In this document: piece by piece, positions 39,715 to 43,449 of the stretch
Numbering within the stretch: the first letter of the stretch is position 1
Layout of the letters: every line of letters starts with the position of its first letter
IMG/VR virus record: IMGVR_UViG_3300045988_162050
DNA length: 43,449 nucleotides
Strand: one strand, 5' to 3'
From: a virus
Notes under the pieces: generated by a model
The model's input: only the letters and a program-made list of their open reading frames with translations
Databases searched by the model: none
Told to the model about the DNA's origin: nothing
Translations under genes and position numbers: made by a program

Positions 39715-40457
39715 TGAAATTAAAAGTATTAGGTAGCAGTTCGAGTGGTAACTGCTATCTAATAGAAGCAAATAACAATGAAAAATTAATATTGGATGCA
39801 GGTGTTAATTTTAAAATTGTGCAAAAAGAATTGAATTTTGATTTTAATGGTATTGAAGCAGTATTGATAACTCATGAACATATGGACCATTTAAAATATG
39901 CCTCGAATTTTGCTTTATATGGAATAAATGTATATGCATCTGCAGGAACATTAAAAAAACAAAATTTATTTGGCCATAGATTTAAAATTATAAAAGCATT
40001 ACAACAATTTGAAATAGGAAATTTTATAATACTTCCATTTGATACACAACACGATGCTGCAGAACCATTGGGATTTCTAATTCAATATAAGCCGACTGGC
40101 GAAAAACTTATGTATGCCACAGATACATATTATATTAAATATAAATTCAATAAACTAAATTATTTACTATTAGAATGTAATTATAACAAAGAAATTGCAA
40201 AAGAAAATGCAAAGAATGGAGTAATAAATAAAACTAGATATACAAGATTATTAGAGAGCCATTTTAGTTTAGAAAATGTAATAAAATTCTTAAAATCTAA
40301 TGATTTAAGTTATGCAAAAAATATTGTACTATGCCATTTATCAGATACAAATTCTAACCAAACTATAATGCAAGATAAGGTATATGAAGAAACAAAAATA
40401 AATACTACAATAGCAAAACCTGGATTAAATCTAGAATTAAAATTATATCCATTTTGA
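39714..40457 (+). CDS. MBL-fold metallohydrolase
   Basis: VLGSSSSGNCYLIEANNNEKLILDAGVNF...VLITHEHMDHLKYA...VLCHLSDTNSNQT. Confidence 0.92.
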   Translation: MKLKVLGSSSSGNCYLIEANNNEKLILDAGVNFKIVQKELNFDFNGIEAVLITHEHMDHLKYASNFALYGINVYASAGTLKKQNLFGHRFKIIKALQQFEIGNFIILPFDTQHDAAEPLGFLIQYKPTGEKLMYATDTYYIKYKFNKLNYLLLECNYNKEIAKENAKNGVINKTRYTRLLESHFSLENVIKFLKSNDLSYAKNIVLCHLSDTNSNQTIMQDKVYEETKINTTIAKPGLNLELKLYPF

Positions 40458-40469
40458 TGGAGGTCTTAT

Positions 40470-40793
40470 ATGAATAGTATAAAAGCGATAACTCAATTAG
40501 AAGAATTAAAAAGGGACAGGCTTAGTCTTATACAAAATGATGAATCTGATGAAATTTATTTAAAGGATATAAAGGCCATTAGTTTAGCAATAAAAGCATT
40601 AAAAAAGTGTCCAGATATACAAGACAAATCATTTAATTGTAGAATGTGTGGAAAAGAATTGAAAACATGGAAGAGTATTCAAAAAGGTTTTGGCCCCATA
40701 TGTGAAAAAAGATATTTAAATGATGTGTATAAAAACCAACAACTGACAGTAGATACGATATTAAAAGAAAGGAGAGGTAATGATGGCAAGTAA
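40470..40793 (+). CDS. hypothetical zinc-binding protein
   Basis: CRMCGKELKTWKSIQKGFGPICEKRY. Confidence 0.65.
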   Translation: MNSIKAITQLEELKRDRLSLIQNDESDEIYLKDIKAISLAIKALKKCPDIQDKSFNCRMCGKELKTWKSIQKGFGPICEKRYLNDVYKNQQLTVDTILKERRGNDGK

Positions 40794-41755
40794 AGACGTT
40801 TATTATTTTAGCCATGATGCAAATGCATTATCAGATCCAAAAATATTGGGAATGAGATGCGATTATGGATTAGAACGGATATGGATTATATTGGGCCATA
40901 TTAGAAATGTTAAGAAACGAATCTACATATAAATTACCTCTTAATAAAAATACATATAGGGCTATAAAAATGCAAACTGGAACAACTATTGATGTTGAAA
41001 AGTATTTGAATGATTGTATAAATGAATATAGAGATGATGAAAGTGGAAATGGATTATTTAATGCTGATAAAAAAACATTTTGGTCAGCAAGTTTATTAAG
41101 AAGAATGGAAAAATATGAAACATTAAAAGAAAAAAGAAGTCAAGCAGCAAATGCACGATGGAATAAAGAAAAGGATAAAAAACAAGAAGCAGACAAAAAA
41201 CAAGAAAAGAATGCAAAAAAATGCAAAAGCATAAAAAACATATGCAAAAGTAATGCAAATGCATACAAAAAAAGATACAAATGCAAAGCAAATTTGAAAA
41301 AATCATATGCAAATTTATGCAAATTAAATCAAATAAAATCAAATCAAATTAAATTAAATAAAATTAAATTAAAAGAAATGAAATCAATCTATCCTTCTAA
41401 TCATAAACCAGAAGAAAATAAAACCTTAGATGATATGATGGATAAGATGGAAAAAACAGAATTTGAAAGACTTATAAAAAATTGCGAAATGCATATTTTT
41501 TCTCCAGAACTTGCTATTGAAATGACTGAAATTCTAAAAGAAATGTATATGACTCCAAATATAAGAGAAAAAGTCCAGGAAATAAATTCTAAAAAACTAT
41601 GTTATGCATTAAAGAATTTTGCTATTGCTAATACTAGATCACAAATAAAAATACCGAAATCATATTTTAAAAAATGCATATTATCAGCATTAGATCAAAC
41701 TGAGTTAAGTGGACAATATGATACAGATACTATATACGAAATGGAGGATTACTGA
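40783..41755 (+). CDS. Lin1244/DnaD-like replication protein, split by +1 frameshift at CGG 40876-40878
   Basis: Joined product reads MASKDVYYFSHDANALSDPKILGMRCDYGLE|GYGLYWAILEMLRNESTYKLPLNKNTYRA. Confidence 0.85.
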
Positions 41756-41756
41756 A

Positions 41757-41957
41757 ATGGCATTCATTAGAGAAGATGAATTGATATCTAGAGGGTTAAA
41801 GACTTGTGAAAATTGTGAATGGTGTATTCCAATAATAGAGAAAAACAAAAAGTTTGAAATAGAAATACCACATTGTCTATTAAAAAATAAACAAACAGGA
41901 CTATTTGAATATTGTGAATTATTTAAGAATAGAACTGGGATGCATATAAGTATGTGA
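41757..41957 (+). CDS. small Cys-rich protein
   Basis: TCENCEWCIPIIEKNKKFEIEIPHCLLKNKQTGLFEYCELF; start revised from 41709. Confidence 0.55.
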   Translation: MAFIREDELISRGLKTCENCEWCIPIIEKNKKFEIEIPHCLLKNKQTGLFEYCELFKNRTGMHISM

Positions 41958-42463
41958 TAAGTAAACATAAAATAATAAATAAGATGCAGTATGCAAAATT
42001 TAGAAACAAACACAACCTAGAAAAATATACAAAGGAAGGACTGAAATTTATGATAATTGAAGATATGCAGCAATCATTAGAATTGTTGGAAAATATAAAA
42101 TATTTTTTCTACAATACAGAAGAAATAGAAAAGAAATTAAATAGTGATTTACGAAATAAAGAATATGAAAGAGATGATCTGTTACACGAAATAGAATTAA
42201 GCAAATTAAATGCTATCGAAATAATGGCAGTTTATAAAAAACTAGAAAAGGTGCTGCAAGAAAGAAGAATAATCAAAGATAAAATTGATTTAATAAATAC
42301 CATAAAACCATACACTAGTAAGTTTATAACAAAAGGTATTTGTGCAGAAACCGATGCAACTATAAAAAATATAGAAACATTGAAAAGTAATCAAGAAAAT
42401 AGAAAATATACACCTAGAATATTAAAGAATCTAAAATGTGCGAAGGTTAAGAAGGAGGAATAA
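41954..42463 (+). CDS. hypothetical coiled-coil protein
   Basis: 169 aa ORF. Confidence 0.6.
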   Translation: MISKHKIINKMQYAKFRNKHNLEKYTKEGLKFMIIEDMQQSLELLENIKYFFYNTEEIEKKLNSDLRNKEYERDDLLHEIELSKLNAIEIMAVYKKLEKVLQERRIIKDKIDLINTIKPYTSKFITKGICAETDATIKNIETLKSNQENRKYTPRILKNLKCAKVKKEE

Positions 42464-42468
42464 ATATT

Positions 42469-42762
42469 ATGGATGATTATAGAAAAATCCAAGAAATGCA
42501 AAGAATAAATAGAATTAAAGAAAATAATAATTGCTTAACTTGTGAAGTTGTTATAACAAAAGAATTTAGAGAAGCACCAATATCTATTGTACAGGGACAT
42601 GGTGGACCAATTGAAATGGCACAAATGGTAAAAACTCTAACAGATGTTGCGGAATCATTAAAAAGGGAATTCCCAGAAATAAATGAAATTATACCAATGT
42701 TAAATAGAAATGGTGGTATGAGAACAGCATATAAACAAGTTGAAAGTTGGGGGAGATTCTAA
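42469..42762 (+). CDS. hypothetical protein
   Basis: 97 aa ORF with SD aaggagg. Confidence 0.55.
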   Translation: MDDYRKIQEMQRINRIKENNNCLTCEVVITKEFREAPISIVQGHGGPIEMAQMVKTLTDVAESLKREFPEINEIIPMLNRNGGMRTAYKQVESWGRF

Positions 42763-43050
42763 ATGATAATAATAAGTCAGGATAAAAATGCAATAGTAAA
42801 TTTTGATAATGTAAGCGAAATTAGAGCACAGTATGATGGAACGATAGTAACGTTTAATAATACCTATGATCCTCGATATTATAGTAGCGATATTTTAGGT
42901 AAATATGAAACAGAAGAAAGGGCAAAAGAAGTATTACAGGAGATAGTAAAGACTTATGTGCTTACTGAACAATATAAGGTAGAAGATGAAAGAACACGAA
43001 TAAAATTAATGATGGAAGGTATTTTATTATACGAAATGCCAAAGGAGTGA
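42763..43050 (+). CDS. hypothetical protein
   Basis: 95 aa ORF. Confidence 0.5.
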   Translation: MIIISQDKNAIVNFDNVSEIRAQYDGTIVTFNNTYDPRYYSSDILGKYETEERAKEVLQEIVKTYVLTEQYKVEDERTRIKLMMEGILLYEMPKE

Positions 43051-43064
43051 GAAGAGGTAGAATA

Positions 43065-43418
43065 ATGCAAGAACATTGGAGTATTGAACAATATAGAGAA
43101 TACCAAAAAAAAGGTAATAGAAAAAGTAAATATGGGGCAGTAAAGACTTCCGTAGATGGACAAACATTTGATAGTAAAAAAGAAGCGGACTATTATTGCA
43201 ATTTGAAGTTAAGGCTGCAAGCAGGAGAAATAAAAGGTTTTTGTTTGCAGCCTGTGTTTATACTAGCACCAGGCTTAAAATATAAAGCAGATTTTATAGT
43301 ATTTCATAATGATGGAACAACAGAAATTATTGACACAAAAGGATTTAAAACAAAGGAGTATATTGCTAAAAAGAAAGTATTTGAAGATAAATACAACCTA
43401 AAAATAAAGGAGGAATAG
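43065..43418 (+). CDS. DUF1064-like nuclease-fold protein
   Basis: NRKSKYGAVKTSVDGQTFDSKKEADYYCNLKLRLQAGEIKGFCLQPVFIL...YKADFIVFHNDGTTEIIDTKGFKT; start revised from 43047. Confidence 0.78.
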   Translation: MQEHWSIEQYREYQKKGNRKSKYGAVKTSVDGQTFDSKKEADYYCNLKLRLQAGEIKGFCLQPVFILAPGLKYKADFIVFHNDGTTEIIDTKGFKTKEYIAKKKVFEDKYNLKIKEE

Positions 43419-43449
43419 AACAATGAACCCAGTAAATTTTGAAGATATG

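Noticed and set aside
5814-40878. P-site tRNA slippage as the common +1 mechanism
   Set aside because: The preceding codons are CAA, AAC, TGC, ATC and GAA, with no shared slippery codon; only CGGA is shared.
5322-40932. Five split genes as ordinary pseudogenes or assembly errors
   Set aside because: Random indels should vary in base and context. All five are one extra C before GGA, in otherwise intact, mostly essential genes. Reads still need to be checked, so this remains the main alternative.
1-43449. Antisense ORFs such as 511..822 -, 11770..12084 -, 36631..37224 -, 38117..38749 -
   Set aside because: Hydrophobic or low-complexity shadow ORFs opposite well-supported genes.
1-43449. tRNA, rRNA, CRISPR arrays or transposons
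   Set aside because: No tRNA T-loop/cloverleaf, CRISPR repeat array, rRNA or transposase signature seen by eye. A suppressor or quadruplet-reading tRNA, if any, is not evident here; tRNAscan-SE/ARAGORN should confirm.

Overview
This 43.4 kb AT-rich window is a Bacillota-type contractile-tailed temperate phage. Left to right on the + strand it carries: a metK-like gene, a late activator, ParB-like and C5-methyltransferase genes, terminase, portal, MuF, scaffold and capsid, sheath and tube, tape measure, an XkdP-U-like baseplate, a tail fibre, a diversity-generating retroelement (DGR), and lysis genes. These are followed by a minus-strand MutS-like/HTH pair, a large serine integrase, a divergent immunity region, and recombination/replication genes (SMC-like ATPase, Gp157, SpoVS, RecT, MBL hydrolase, Lin1244-like). 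The strongest unexpected signal is a set of five conserved genes (terL, tape measure, XkdQ-like hub, DGR reverse transcriptase, replication protein). Each is split by the same +1 event: a single extra C directly before a Gly GGA codon, so the zero frame reads CGG-A. In my hand scan CGG is never an in-frame sense codon in any other well-supported CDS, although the CGG trinucleotide occurs about 44 times out of phase in coding DNA. This suggests systematic +1 recoding at an unassigned or very slow CGG codon. Other signals are: a DGR template/variable pair (110 bp, 15 substitutions, all at template adenines); a MutS-like candidate accessory ORF; a canonical A_AAA_AAC -1 frameshift in the tail chaperone; a candidate attP dyad upstream of int; and a candidate ~75-nt sRNA with 18 nt of perfect complementarity to an early mRNA leader. 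The gene order (lysis-int-immunity-early, contiguous) fits a non-integrated attP-form genome. All family names come from recognising protein motifs, not from database searches.
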